Shown here: in pieces, positions 1-10,062 of the stretch
Layout of the letters: every line of letters starts with the position of its first letter
Position numbering within the stretch: the first letter of the stretch is position 1
From: Candidatus Dojkabacteria bacterium
GTDB lineage: Bacteria; Patescibacteriota; Dojkabacteria; JAOAGR01
DNA: 64,000 bases
Direction of reading: 5' to 3'
Assembly: GCA_025999155.1 (NCBI GenBank)
Contig: AP026679.1
Span: 666,561 to 730,560 of the forward strand
Notes under the pieces: generated by a model
The model's database searches: none
The model's input: only the letters and a program-made list of their open reading frames with translations
Told to the model about the DNA's origin: nothing
Translations under genes and position numbers: made by a program

Positions 1-2
1 TA

Positions 3-608
3 AGGTATGAAATGGTTAAACTAGCGGATGAGGGTTTGATTTCGAAAGCTCATTCTTCATCTGGTCGTATTCCCACCCTATTAGGATATAAGGTTTTTAT
101 CAAAGAATTGATGCAACCAGAAGATGTGAGTTATCTAACAGAAATAAGATTAAAGAGAGAACTAGATAAATTGAGACTTGAGCTCGACCGTATTCGATTG
201 ATCAAAGGTATTGCAAATTTATTAGCTGATGTAACAAAATATACTGGTGTAGTGTTTACTGAAGAAAGTATTTATTATTCTGGTTTGTATAATCTACTTG
301 ATTATCCTGAATTTGCAGATAAAAATAGTTTTAAGAATATTTTGATTGCCATAGATGATATTAACACACTTGCTAACGTTTTTCGGCGGACATATACAGA
401 TGGTAGAGTAAAGGTGCTGATTGGAAATGAACTGGATGAAGAGATTCTTCATGAATGTTCAATTGTGTTTACCGAAGCAAATATATACAATGGTGAGAGA
501 GTTGTACTGGCTATCATAGGTCCAAGAAGGCTAAATTTCCCTAGAGTCATTCCTATAGTTAAACTAGTCAGAGATATTATAAAAAGACTAGTAGGCTGGG
601 AAGGTTAG
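3..608 (+). CDS. hrcA: Heat-inducible transcription repressor HrcA, 5'-truncated by the window edge
   Basis: RYEMVKLADEGLISKAHSSSGRIPTLLGYK matches the HrcA wHTH motif (IRNEM..L...G.L...HTSSGRIPT..GY); C-terminal IIGPRRLNF matches IGPTRMDY. The frame is open back to the window start. Confidence 0.9.
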   Translation, partial: RYEMVKLADEGLISKAHSSSGRIPTLLGYKVFIKELMQPEDVSYLTEIRLKRELDKLRLELDRIRLIKGIANLLADVTKYTGVVFTEESIYYSGLYNLLDYPEFADKNSFKNILIAIDDINTLANVFRRTYTDGRVKVLIGNELDEEILHECSIVFTEANIYNGERVVLAIIGPRRLNFPRVIPIVKLVRDIIKRLVGWEG

Positions 609-1411
609 CGTCCGATCATTTCTTCGATTTGCGGTTTCATGGTCGTCTCGTAGTTTGCATTACCTACTATGCGTCCTAATTGCGTGTAAAATTTTTGTAT
701 TTGTTTTGTATTATCCGGATTTATTACTTCTTTTTCTTCAATCTTAAAGATTGTGAATGTGGGAGTGCTTGTTGCTTGTAGTTGGTTGGAATTAAAGTTG
801 CTAAGATTCTTAATACGGTCTAGATATTTTTGTGATCTAAAGCACTCCACAAACTTATTTGTATCCAGTCTTACCAAGGCTGCATATGTTGTTGCTCTTG
901 CTTCATCGAAATTTTCATCAAAATTTTTATACATGAGCTCCTTATATTCAAAAAAGCTTTTAGGATTTTGTTCGCCAGCACAGTAGGCAGCTATGTGTTT
1001 TTCTGGCCCCTTTAAAAACTGTAAATCTATGAAAATATAGTCCATTACCCCAGGCCTTACGAAATCTTCAAACATTTTTTCAAAAGAAGATTTTACTGGT
1101 GATTGGTATCCGTGGAATCTTGCGCAATTAGGACAATCAAAATCACTGCTCTCTACGATAACAAATTTGGCTTTTGAATTATAAGAGAGAGAAGGCTGAG
1201 ATGACAGCACATTTTCGATTTTTGAGTAGTCTGATATCTCTTTAATCGAGCCGTAGTATGGAAATTTCGGCAGCAAAGAATCAATCTTTCTTCCTAAGTC
1301 TTGAAAACCCCCACCTACAGCAAGCACCGCCGAACTGATGAAAACACCAATTAATAATATTGATATTGATAGCAAAAAGTTTTTATTGTGAATTATCGCT
1401 TTCTTTCTCAT
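605..1411 (-). CDS. Membrane-anchored DsbA/thioredoxin-fold protein
   Basis: N-terminal TM segment, SDFDCPNCARFH (CxxC) and STPTF cis-Pro loop. Confidence 0.85.
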   Translation of the reverse strand: MRKKAIIHNKNFLLSISILLIGVFISSAVLAVGGGFQDLGRKIDSLLPKFPYYGSIKEISDYSKIENVLSSQPSLSYNSKAKFVIVESSDFDCPNCARFHGYQSPVKSSFEKMFEDFVRPGVMDYIFIDLQFLKGPEKHIAAYCAGEQNPKSFFEYKELMYKNFDENFDEARATTYAALVRLDTNKFVECFRSQKYLDRIKNLSNFNSNQLQATSTPTFTIFKIEEKEVINPDNTKQIQKFYTQLGRIVGNANYETTMKPQIEEMIGR

Positions 1412-1619
1412 AAAATAAATCCTTAGTAGTATAAAACTCCTTTAAAGTTTGTTCATCGTATCGGTTTGGTATCACAGTCTCTGAAGCGGAGCTTAATATC
1501 GGGTCAATATCGACATCATTTTGTCTAGCATATAGCTCTATAAACAACCATGCCACAATGGTAATAACAATTACGCTAAGATACACAATAGTATTGATTT
1601 TAAATTTAAATATATTCAT
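1383..1619 (-). CDS. Small single-pass membrane protein
   Basis: 78 aa with an N-terminal hydrophobic helix; overlaps the dsbA-like start. Confidence 0.65.
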   Translation of the reverse strand: MNIFKFKINTIVYLSVIVITIVAWLFIELYARQNDVDIDPILSSASETVIPNRYDEQTLKEFYTTKDLFYEKESDNSQ

Positions 1620-1653
1620 CTTCTTTCCAGTATTTAACTAAAATGAACGAAGT

Positions 1654-1749
1654 CTAACTTAAAATACTAACCCAGAGCCAAATTGTCACAATTAACCATA
1701 TGATGCCGAAGACAAAAACACCTAATATTGAGACTTTTGATTCCTTCAT
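1654..1749 (-). CDS. Very small hydrophobic protein (31 aa; up to 45 aa from ATG at 1791), not in the ORF track
   Basis: Manual translation MKESKVSILGVFVFGIIWLIVTIWLWVSILS*; single TM helix; co-oriented within the gene run. Confidence 0.45.
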   Translation of the reverse strand: MKESKVSILGVFVFGIIWLIVTIWLWVSILS

Positions 1750-1826
1750 CTTAAGAGAATTCATTATACAAATTAATTTACTCTTTTTCATGTTATCAAA
1801 AGACAAGTATTATTCAAATAGACTGT

Positions 1827-3128
1827 TTATATAAATCTTACATTGACATCTAACAGTTTTAAACCGATCTGTCCGTCAATATATTCTACCAATTCGACTC
1901 TGTTGTTTTGTATCAGATCTATGAGATTTATTAGCACACATGGTTTGCCAACAGCATGTTTTTTCCCTGTAGGAGTGTAAGCTATTGAATAGTTACCAAA
2001 AATCAGTTTACTAACACGGGACTGGTTAGTAGACCTAATGAAATCAGGCATGTATATTACGGTTTTTGTGTCTTTTAATGCATCTGTGAACGTCTTACGT
2101 TTGATACCTTCTATTTTTAGATTACTAGTGTGTTGGATTTCTACTGTCGGAGATTTGTAATTAAGTTGCGAATATGTATACGCATCAAGTACAGGCGTAT
2201 CTAATTTACCGAACCTAATAAAGTATTGTTTTGCGGGTTTCAATCCGTAGGTCGTAAATTTATAAGAACCAGGTTTTAAGTTGATTAATGGATCATAACT
2301 GAGAGACAAAGTGCCCAACACTTTTGATTTTTGCTCAAAGTTCTCTTTTTTAAAAATACTGCGTCCCTGGAGTATGGTCTTACCGTTAATATTTTGAAGA
2401 ACCTGTTCCTCAAAAATATGATTAAATACATGTGGTGGGAGAATAAGGTGATATGCGTCGTCCTTTAGCTTATGTGCCTTCTCGGAGTTAATTAGATTGT
2501 ATATGTCTCCTAGGAAACTGAATATTTCCTGGAACTGATCTAGAGAATAGATATCAGAGGATTCGATAGTCCATGAGAATTTATTCTTAAACACTTTATG
2601 TAGACGAAAAAGGCTGTAATTGTAATACTCATCCAGATAGCGGGATGAATAAGCATATTTTGCTCCCTCCTGAATTTCTATGTCCGCGTAGCCATTCTTG
2701 CATCGTAGCATTTGGTCAAGTTCTGATAATAGGTCAGAGATTTTCAGTGCGTATTCTGGGATATCAATTATGTCTGCTAATGTTTTGGAATAAGCCCTGA
2801 CAATAGGGTATATGCCTCTTTCTGGAATAAAAATGGGATAGTGAAATGCGTGAGACGTCCGAAAAGCATTTTTGATGAATTCCTCAAAATTATTTAAGTC
2901 TGTATTACTAATTTCTCCATGAGCAAACCTGTTATTAGCAAAAATAATCGTGAAATATCCATTATTGTACTCTGAATAACTAGTAGGGTTCTGGTATTTA
3001 CCGACAGCATTATCTTCGACTCTTATATTTAGTGACCTAGACTCATTGAAGAATAGAAAATAGTCTATGATTTCACCTTTAGATTTGAGATTACTAAACT
3101 TTTGAGCTAATTTTTCTGCAATAATCAT
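1827..3128 (-). CDS. Divergent TldD/PmbA-family protein (PmbA-like)
   Basis: LILPPHVF...INGKTILQGRSIF...LSLSYDP...GSYKFTTYGL...FIRFGKL follows the PmbA C-terminal pattern (vilsP...G.S.....DDP...s.pFDxEG...lie.Gvl). Confidence 0.7.
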   Translation of the reverse strand: MIIAEKLAQKFSNLKSKGEIIDYFLFFNESRSLNIRVEDNAVGKYQNPTSYSEYNNGYFTIIFANNRFAHGEISNTDLNNFEEFIKNAFRTSHAFHYPIFIPERGIYPIVRAYSKTLADIIDIPEYALKISDLLSELDQMLRCKNGYADIEIQEGAKYAYSSRYLDEYYNYSLFRLHKVFKNKFSWTIESSDIYSLDQFQEIFSFLGDIYNLINSEKAHKLKDDAYHLILPPHVFNHIFEEQVLQNINGKTILQGRSIFKKENFEQKSKVLGTLSLSYDPLINLKPGSYKFTTYGLKPAKQYFIRFGKLDTPVLDAYTYSQLNYKSPTVEIQHTSNLKIEGIKRKTFTDALKDTKTVIYMPDFIRSTNQSRVSKLIFGNYSIAYTPTGKKHAVGKPCVLINLIDLIQNNRVELVEYIDGQIGLKLLDVNVRFI

Positions 3129-4462
3129 ATCAAAGTAATATTTTCTGTATTCGTGATAAGACCATAAGAGAATCCGTAAATTCCTACATAGGTCTGGTAT
3201 ACAGGGAGTTCTACAAGTTTATATTTATTACCTTTAATGAGCTTTAATTGAGATGCTTGGGGTATTTCAATATAATTAAAATCAATTAAAATCATATCTC
3301 TTCCATTTGGGCTATATATACCATGTAACGGGTTTAATACTATATTTTCGTGAGTACTCTCTTTTATATATTGTGCATCATAATGTTCTCCGTATAGAAG
3401 TAAGATATGTTGAGACTGAAAATGTTTCGATAGTGTCATAATTAAATTCTCTAAGTCTTTGTCTAGAAGGTCAATGTCTACACTATCTTTAAACATCAAG
3501 CATCTATGTACGAAAGATGGTTTCTGGTAAAATAACGTTTGCCTTAGTGTGATATTGCTGCTTGATGATGCAAAATTGTATCTACCAAATTTGTCATGAC
3601 GTTCGGGGTAGTACTCAGCGTCTAGGAGAGATTCCGTGTATTCAGATATACTGGGGATTATATTGTGTGACGCTTGTTGATATAGTTTTATCAGTATTGA
3701 TGCAGTAATGTGTTCGTCAAGTACAATAAGTGAAGGTGATACATGATTTTCTACACCATATCTATTCGTAAGACTAGCAATAGGTGTTGGGTTGCCAAAT
3801 TGGTTGATTTCCTTAATTATGGCCTCAACATTTACATTTTTGTTTTTGATTTCATTCTGTTGTAGTGGAATGACTTTTTCGAGCAGATTCCCCGTATGTC
3901 TATCCTCCAATTTACAAATAAGATATGATGTACATTCAGAAAATTGTTGGTTTGTATTTTCGTAAGATATTTGCCAGATACTAGATAAGGCATTGACATT
4001 TATGTAAACGAAATATTTTTGCTTGATATAATCATTTAGGGATTCATATATTTGAGTAGTAATATCGCGAATGTAACCAGTATCTAATTCACATATGTCC
4101 ACTTCGGTTATTGAACATTTAGAATCCAACTCAGTTTCAATCTTTATTGGTGTTGTATGCACTTTATGTCCTTTATACGACTTTATAATATTATCTAGCT
4201 CCTGGTACAAACGGGTAGCAACATCTTGTAAATGCATTCTATCGGATGATGCGAAGAGTGTAAAACCATGCTTCGAGAACTTATGTAAATTGATACCCTC
4301 AAACAATTTTATAAATTCTCTCTCAATAATCCCATTAAATGTCAAAAGAGAATAAATGTTACCCTTTTGCAACCTTACAAAAATTTGGCTGTGTTCTTTA
4401 CTGGATCTTTTAAATAATAGCCGTATATGATCTGCATAATTTTCAAAAAAGTCATTTTGCAT
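3125..4462 (-). CDS. Highly divergent TldD/PmbA-like protein lacking HExxGH
   Basis: Similar size and ATGA-coupled to the pmbA-like gene; EGINLHKFSKHGFTLFASSD resembles the TldD N-terminal G.giRv....g.gfa.s motif; RHDKFG sits near the FDxEG position. Confidence 0.45.
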   Translation of the reverse strand: MQNDFFENYADHIRLLFKRSSKEHSQIFVRLQKGNIYSLLTFNGIIEREFIKLFEGINLHKFSKHGFTLFASSDRMHLQDVATRLYQELDNIIKSYKGHKVHTTPIKIETELDSKCSITEVDICELDTGYIRDITTQIYESLNDYIKQKYFVYINVNALSSIWQISYENTNQQFSECTSYLICKLEDRHTGNLLEKVIPLQQNEIKNKNVNVEAIIKEINQFGNPTPIASLTNRYGVENHVSPSLIVLDEHITASILIKLYQQASHNIIPSISEYTESLLDAEYYPERHDKFGRYNFASSSSNITLRQTLFYQKPSFVHRCLMFKDSVDIDLLDKDLENLIMTLSKHFQSQHILLLYGEHYDAQYIKESTHENIVLNPLHGIYSPNGRDMILIDFNYIEIPQASQLKLIKGNKYKLVELPVYQTYVGIYGFSYGLITNTENITLI

Positions 4463-4583
4463 TTGGCGCTGCCTCTAAAGGTAGTCCTACTGAATTTAAT
4501 AATATGCCTATGATACTACGCTTTATCTATCCTTGTAAACACATTACCTAGAATTGTTCTTTTAACAGATTATTTTGATGTTG

Positions 4584-7469
4584 TTATCTGTTGAGTTGGG
4601 ACGTTTCTAAATCTCTGATGTATTGTTTGACTTGGTTTGCAACTGCAAGCTCACATACTATTCCCCAGAATCCACAGCTTGAAACATGTTGTACGACTTT
4701 TTTTAGATTATTGAAACAACTAATATCCAACAGACTTTTGTGTTTGCTTCTTAATGTTTCGCTAATGTACTCGACTAAGTTTCTCATGCCTTTTAGGTAC
4801 TTGGTAGACGCAGTTTGTTTTTCTATACCAAGCATATTCATCTTTATCCGAAATAAATCTATATATACCCCATCTATTATATCTGGATGTAATTCATATA
4901 ATCGGAAAACATTAATCGTTCTTGAGACATTTGCATATATTCTAAAGGATGTCGATCGTGTTAATCCAGCTGCTGCTATTCTCTTTTTGATTGCTATTAT
5001 GGAAGATTTATTTCGATAATCTGGAGTAATCAGTGAAAGATTTTTGTATCCTTGATTGCGTAAACGATATATTTGTTGCAGTAAATAATCTAATGCACTA
5101 GTTTCATATGGAGGCAAGATCAACAAAACTTCTTTTTCTCTGACTCTTTCTAGAATCGTCTCCAACATTGTAATGATAACTTCTGGCTCCTTCGTCGACG
5201 AAAACACGATGCCATCATAGTTTTGTTTTTCTGTGGGTATTAATTCATCTATGAGATGTATATACACTTTCGTTGCTGTAGGAATGAACTCTTCTGGTTG
5301 AGAGGATTTTTTATGTCGATGGTGCATTTTCTGGGATATATAATCTTGTTCGCGGTCAAACTCTAATTCTTTTGACGTTTGTTGAATTCCACTAGCCTCT
5401 TCTATGGTGCTTTCGAGTACTTCTAAGGCTACGTTTTCAGGTAATTCCTTCGAAGAATTAATAATTTGCTCCAGCGACCTCCCCCACATTTTCATTTGAT
5501 CCTTTGTTGAGACTCCTTCTACTATTGAGAGTTGTGGATTTTCCTGGTTTACATCATATAAATCAAAGTCTTCTTCTATTAAATTTAGGATCTGAGATAA
5601 ATCTTTTTTCCGGGGGGAAGATGACTTTACGTGGTGAGAGTATTGTAAGGGAAATTTTCTTTCAATTCGAACTTTTGAATCTTCATATAGAACAGCATGG
5701 GAAGATTCTTTATTGGTATCTAAATGTTGTTGCCCGTGTCGCTTACTGTCGAACGACCAATTTGCTTTATCTTTCTGACTCAAACTAACGTCATTTTCAA
5801 AATGATGTGGGTTTGTAGTAGTTACGTCACCAATCTCTTGGGACTCTGGTTTTTGCTGAATCTGAGCTGAGGTCAAATTTTTATTTGTCCGATATAGGTC
5901 AGCATGATGGTCATCGGGTATATCCGTCGCAAACTTCATTTGCGAGGATTCCTCCTCTGGCTCAATCTTTGGCTCAATGTTCTTTTCAGCTGACTGATAA
6001 TTAGTCTTGAGATAATCACTTCGAATGAATTCAAATATCTGTCCTGTTATTGGATCTATAGCTATTTTTTCTCCTTCCTTAATAATTTTATGAACTAGAG
6101 GAACTCCTGTAATCACAGGAGCCTTAAAATATTCATATAGTCTTTGAGCTAATATGTCAGAATCTTCTTCTATGATTAATCCAGCTACTTTTAGATTAGA
6201 TAAGATATTCTCATCTCCGTGTAAGATCAATATATTATGGGGGCCAGCATTCTCATGAGAAAATGTAGCAATTCCCTCTGCCTCCTGCATTCCTGCATAA
6301 TGTTTGCCTTCAAGTAGGACGGCTTTCCTTTCATGAGTGACATTTGTATTTTTTTGATAGTTATTTAAATGTTCTTGTTTTTCTTTTGTTGTGTCGTTCA
6401 TATCTTTATCATTGAATACAAAATTCACTAATACATCTTTACGTTCTTCTTTAGTAACTGGCATCTTGAAGTTGTTTGGGTTCTCTGGGGCATTATTTGT
6501 TAAAACGACTCGCTTTTGGATAGAATCTGATGTTTCAATTGAATGTTTTTTATTTATACTTTGTACAAAATGTATCCATATTTTTCCCGCTTCGTAGGAC
6601 CATATTACGTGCTGTGGGTTTCCTAATTCTTCCTCAATGATTTTTCCTGTTTTGGCTAATATTATGATATGTTTATCATCCAATTTTTGCTTTTTTTTCC
6701 AGGAAGGAGATATTACGACTTTCTGAATAGGTTCAGAAACACTCTGGTGTCGCAAAAACATATGTTCCTGGTATGAAACATATTTTTCTTCTATTTTGTC
6801 TACTGTTTTATCGTAAATATAAAGGTCTGGTTGTATACCAAGCTTTTCTGCTTCTTCGTAAAGTCCAAAATATGCTTCTATGTGCAATTTTGTATTATCA
6901 TGTGTAACCATGTCGCTTGTGTAGACATGACCGGATATTTCACACTGAATTGATTTCTGGACTATTACAACGATTTTATAAACATTGTCAAAGAAGAAAT
7001 TCAATTTTGTTTGTTGGTCTTCTAGAATTTGTACATAAATATCATGAATAGATTTAACTAAGTCTTCGATTCCTTTGACACCATAAACTTCATAAGGCTT
7101 ATGTTCCAACTCTTCAGATTGATTATTTAGTATCAATGCTCTTATATTGACTGTAGCATCTGAAAATCCAGATATTTTAGAATATAATGCGGAAATATTA
7201 TTGTGTATCGTTTTAGGAAATGATGTGTTTTTAATTACTTGGATGATATGAGATGAATCTTCTTCTAAACGTGCCTTTTGATAATATAGCCTTATTTCGG
7301 TCAGATCAAAGTAGTTTTGTAATACAAGATAGCTTAAAACAAAACCAGCAGGAATCGGTAATTTTTCCCTTGCGAGATGCCCTAATAGTGCTACTGAGTC
7401 GCCGACATATTGTGAGTCTTCGATTATGATATTTTGTAACAGATCTGCAATGTTAGTATTCGATATCAT
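4584..7469 (-). CDS. PEP synthase/PPDK-like protein with degenerate catalytic motifs
   Basis: YVGDSVALLGHL...LPIPAGFVL, VIVQKSI...SGHVYT, IEAYFGL...PDLY (PPDK_N); a mobile-domain-like segment; a long acidic linker; C-terminal remnant IDGVYID. Confidence 0.75.
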   Translation of the reverse strand: MISNTNIADLLQNIIIEDSQYVGDSVALLGHLAREKLPIPAGFVLSYLVLQNYFDLTEIRLYYQKARLEEDSSHIIQVIKNTSFPKTIHNNISALYSKISGFSDATVNIRALILNNQSEELEHKPYEVYGVKGIEDLVKSIHDIYVQILEDQQTKLNFFFDNVYKIVVIVQKSIQCEISGHVYTSDMVTHDNTKLHIEAYFGLYEEAEKLGIQPDLYIYDKTVDKIEEKYVSYQEHMFLRHQSVSEPIQKVVISPSWKKKQKLDDKHIIILAKTGKIIEEELGNPQHVIWSYEAGKIWIHFVQSINKKHSIETSDSIQKRVVLTNNAPENPNNFKMPVTKEERKDVLVNFVFNDKDMNDTTKEKQEHLNNYQKNTNVTHERKAVLLEGKHYAGMQEAEGIATFSHENAGPHNILILHGDENILSNLKVAGLIIEEDSDILAQRLYEYFKAPVITGVPLVHKIIKEGEKIAIDPITGQIFEFIRSDYLKTNYQSAEKNIEPKIEPEEESSQMKFATDIPDDHHADLYRTNKNLTSAQIQQKPESQEIGDVTTTNPHHFENDVSLSQKDKANWSFDSKRHGQQHLDTNKESSHAVLYEDSKVRIERKFPLQYSHHVKSSSPRKKDLSQILNLIEEDFDLYDVNQENPQLSIVEGVSTKDQMKMWGRSLEQIINSSKELPENVALEVLESTIEEASGIQQTSKELEFDREQDYISQKMHHRHKKSSQPEEFIPTATKVYIHLIDELIPTEKQNYDGIVFSSTKEPEVIITMLETILERVREKEVLLILPPYETSALDYLLQQIYRLRNQGYKNLSLITPDYRNKSSIIAIKKRIAAAGLTRSTSFRIYANVSRTINVFRLYELHPDIIDGVYIDLFRIKMNMLGIEKQTASTKYLKGMRNLVEYISETLRSKHKSLLDISCFNNLKKVVQHVSSCGFWGIVCELAVANQVKQYIRDLETSQLNR

Positions 7470-7555
7470 ATCTCTTTACATTACATTCTATATTTTTTAA
7501 TTAATTTTGAAAGTCATGCCATTAATGAGTGTGAAGAGAAAAGATACACGGTTGT

Positions 7556-7582
7556 TTGGCAGTCGAAGATAAAATTTGCTAA
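7556..7582 (+). promoter_or_regulatory. CIRCE-like operator overlapping the clpC promoter
   Basis: TTGGCAGTC-N9-ATTTGCTAA versus consensus TTAGCACTC-N9-GAGTGCTAA; overlaps -35 TTGGCA and extended -10 TGcTAAAAT (7577-7585). Confidence 0.55.
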
Positions 7583-7590
7583 AATAAACT

Positions 7591-10014
7591 ATGGACCAGT
7601 ATTTTACAAACAGTGCAAAAAATACTCTACAAAAAGCTGCAGAATATGCATTTACTACGGGAACTACTTATATTGATACGGAGCATCTGCTAAGAGCTCT
7701 AATCGATGATGATGTAGCAAGTAGAGTATTGGATAAACTTTCTGTTGATATACAGAGTCTAAAAAACGATATGGAAGGTTATTTGCCTTATCGTCGTAGT
7801 ATCTCGGGTCTTAGCAGTGCTGATCTGACACCAAGAGCCAAGCAATCTCTTAACCTTGCTTTTACTGAGGCACAAAATTTAGGACATTCTTACGTAGGAA
7901 GTGAACATTTACTATTAGGTTTGATTCGTGAGGGGGAAGGTTTAGGTTATCAACTTTTGACACGGTATGGTGTAGATTACGATAAGGCAAAAAAGGCCGT
8001 TATTGATGTTGTTGGTGAGGGTTCAAGGGATGCGACTAAATCTTCTACACCAACATTAGATAAATACTCCAGAGATTTGACTAAATTAGCAAAAGAAGGA
8101 AAGATCGATCCAGTAATTGGTAGATCCAACGAAATAACAAGAGTAATACAGATACTATCACGTAGGCGTAAAAATAATCCCGTTTTGATTGGTGATCCTG
8201 GTGTTGGTAAAACAGCAATTGTGGAAGGACTTGCTTTACGTATTGTTTCTGGGAATGTTCCAGATGTGCTGTTAAATAAGCGTGTTTTAGCACTTGATAT
8301 GGGAAGTTTAATTGCCGGTACAAAATATCAAGGTGAGTTTGAAGAGAGAGTAACAAATATTATTAAAGAAGTTGCTAAAGCCGCAGGGAGTGTAATTTTA
8401 TTTATTGATGAGCTTCATACTATTGTTGGAAGTGGGGCAGCCGAAGGTAAAACTGATTTATCCAATCTTATTAAACCAGCTTTGGCACGTGGAGAACTTC
8501 AGACTATTGGAGCAACAACTCTGACAGAATACAAAAAGTATATCGAAAAAGATCCTGCTCTAGAAAGACGTTTTCAACCTGTTTTAGTTAACGAGCCTAC
8601 TATAGAACAGTCGATTGAAATTCTTAAAGGACTACGTGATAAATATGAAGCCCACCATAAAATAAAAATCAGCGATGATGCAATAATCGCGGCAGTCGAA
8701 TTATCAGAAAAATATATTAATGATCGTTTTTTACCTGATAAAGCCATTGATGTATTAGATGAGGCCGCTTCTATGTTGAGATTACGTACATCTAGTGAGC
8801 CGGATAATATTCGCGAATTAAAATTGAAAATTTCTAATTTAGAAAAGGAAAGGGAAGCTTTGACAAGAGCCCAAAAACATGAGCAGGCGGCAATGGTTAA
8901 ACAAGAGATCGAATTATTAAAAGAGGAATTAATGCCATTAGAGGTAGAGTGGCGTAAAGCAGTAGGAACTGGCACTCCTACATTAGGTGTAGCTGAGATT
9001 GCTGAGGTGATTTCAAACATGACAGGTATTCCTGCAAATAAGATTAATGTAAAAGAGAGGGAGATGTTATTAAATCTTGAAAATATTATTCACCAGCGTG
9101 TCATTGGTCAGGAGAAGGCTGTATCTGCAATATCTGAAGCTATTCGAAGGTCGAGACTGGGACTGGCAGATGAAAGTAGACCTATTGCATCATTTATTTT
9201 TCTTGGGCCTACGGGGGTTGGAAAGACAGAGCTAGCTAAAACCATTGCAGAAGTAATTTTTGGTTCAGAGCAAAACATGATCAGGCTCGATATGAGTGAA
9301 TATATGGAAAAGCACTCCATTGCAAGGCTAATCGGAGCACCGCCAGGTTATGTTGGATATGAAGAAGGAGGACAATTAACTGAGAAAGTCAGACGTAAGC
9401 CATATTCGTTAGTTTTATTAGATGAGATAGAAAAAGCCCATCCTGATGTAACCAATGTCCTATTACAAATTCTTGAAGATGGTAGACTGACTGATGGTCA
9501 AGGGCGTGTTGTCAACTTTAAAAATACTATTATCATCGCAACTTCTAATATAGGCTCAAATTTGATTTCTCAATTTTATGATAGGAAAAAGGAACAGCCC
9601 CAAAGTAAATTAATTAAGTTTCAGGAAGAGAAAATAGATACTGAAGATTTAAAGAAATTAGTAATGAATGAGCTGAAAAAATTCTTTAGAGTTGAGCTTT
9701 TGAATAGATTTGATGAAATTATTATTTTTGAACCATTAAGGCATGATCAGTTAAGAGATATTGCAAGACTACATTTACAAAAACTTATAGCTAAACTCAG
9801 TAAGACTGGTATTCAGCTACAATATACGGATGAATTACTAGATTTGATTGTGGAGAAAGCCTACAACCCACAGATGGGAGCAAGAGAGATTCGTAGATTT
9901 ATTCAAAAAGAAGTAGAGAATAAGATTTCTTCTACTATACTGCGTGCCGCTAATACGAAGCAACTTAATTTGGTCATTAAAGATGGACAAATCGAAATAA
10001 TTAGCCAGGAGTGA
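7591..10014 (+). CDS. clpC: ATP-dependent Clp protease ATP-binding subunit (ClpC type)
   Basis: Two Clp_N repeats (IDTEH, VGSEH), Walker A motifs GDPGVGKT and [24 protein letters not shown], short UVR-type middle domain. Confidence 0.92.
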   Translation: MDQYFTNSAKNTLQKAAEYAFTTGTTYIDTEHLLRALIDDDVASRVLDKLSVDIQSLKNDMEGYLPYRRSISGLSSADLTPRAKQSLNLAFTEAQNLGHSYVGSEHLLLGLIREGEGLGYQLLTRYGVDYDKAKKAVIDVVGEGSRDATKSSTPTLDKYSRDLTKLAKEGKIDPVIGRSNEITRVIQILSRRRKNNPVLIGDPGVGKTAIVEGLALRIVSGNVPDVLLNKRVLALDMGSLIAGTKYQGEFEERVTNIIKEVAKAAGSVILFIDELHTIVGSGAAEGKTDLSNLIKPALARGELQTIGATTLTEYKKYIEKDPALERRFQPVLVNEPTIEQSIEILKGLRDKYEAHHKIKISDDAIIAAVELSEKYINDRFLPDKAIDVLDEAASMLRLRTSSEPDNIRELKLKISNLEKEREALTRAQKHEQAAMVKQEIELLKEELMPLEVEWRKAVGTGTPTLGVAEIAEVISNMTGIPANKINVKEREMLLNLENIIHQRVIGQEKAVSAISEAIRRSRLGLADESRPIASFIFLGPTGVGKTELAKTIAEVIFGSEQNMIRLDMSEYMEKHSIARLIGAPPGYVGYEEGGQLTEKVRRKPYSLVLLDEIEKAHPDVTNVLLQILEDGRLTDGQGRVVNFKNTIIIATSNIGSNLISQFYDRKKEQPQSKLIKFQEEKIDTEDLKKLVMNELKKFFRVELLNRFDEIIIFEPLRHDQLRDIARLHLQKLIAKLSKTGIQLQYTDELLDLIVEKAYNPQMGAREIRRFIQKEVENKISSTILRAANTKQLNLVIKDGQIEIISQE

Positions 10015-10027
10015 TAATGATTCACGA

Positions 10028-10056
10028 TTGACGTTAGAACTGATAAGTCAGATAAT
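10028..10056 (+). promoter_or_regulatory. Sigma70-type promoter of gatB (leaderless geometry)
   Basis: TTGACG-17 nt-GATAAT, then 6 nt to the ATG at 10063. Confidence 0.6.
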
Positions 10057-10062
10057 TACTAA

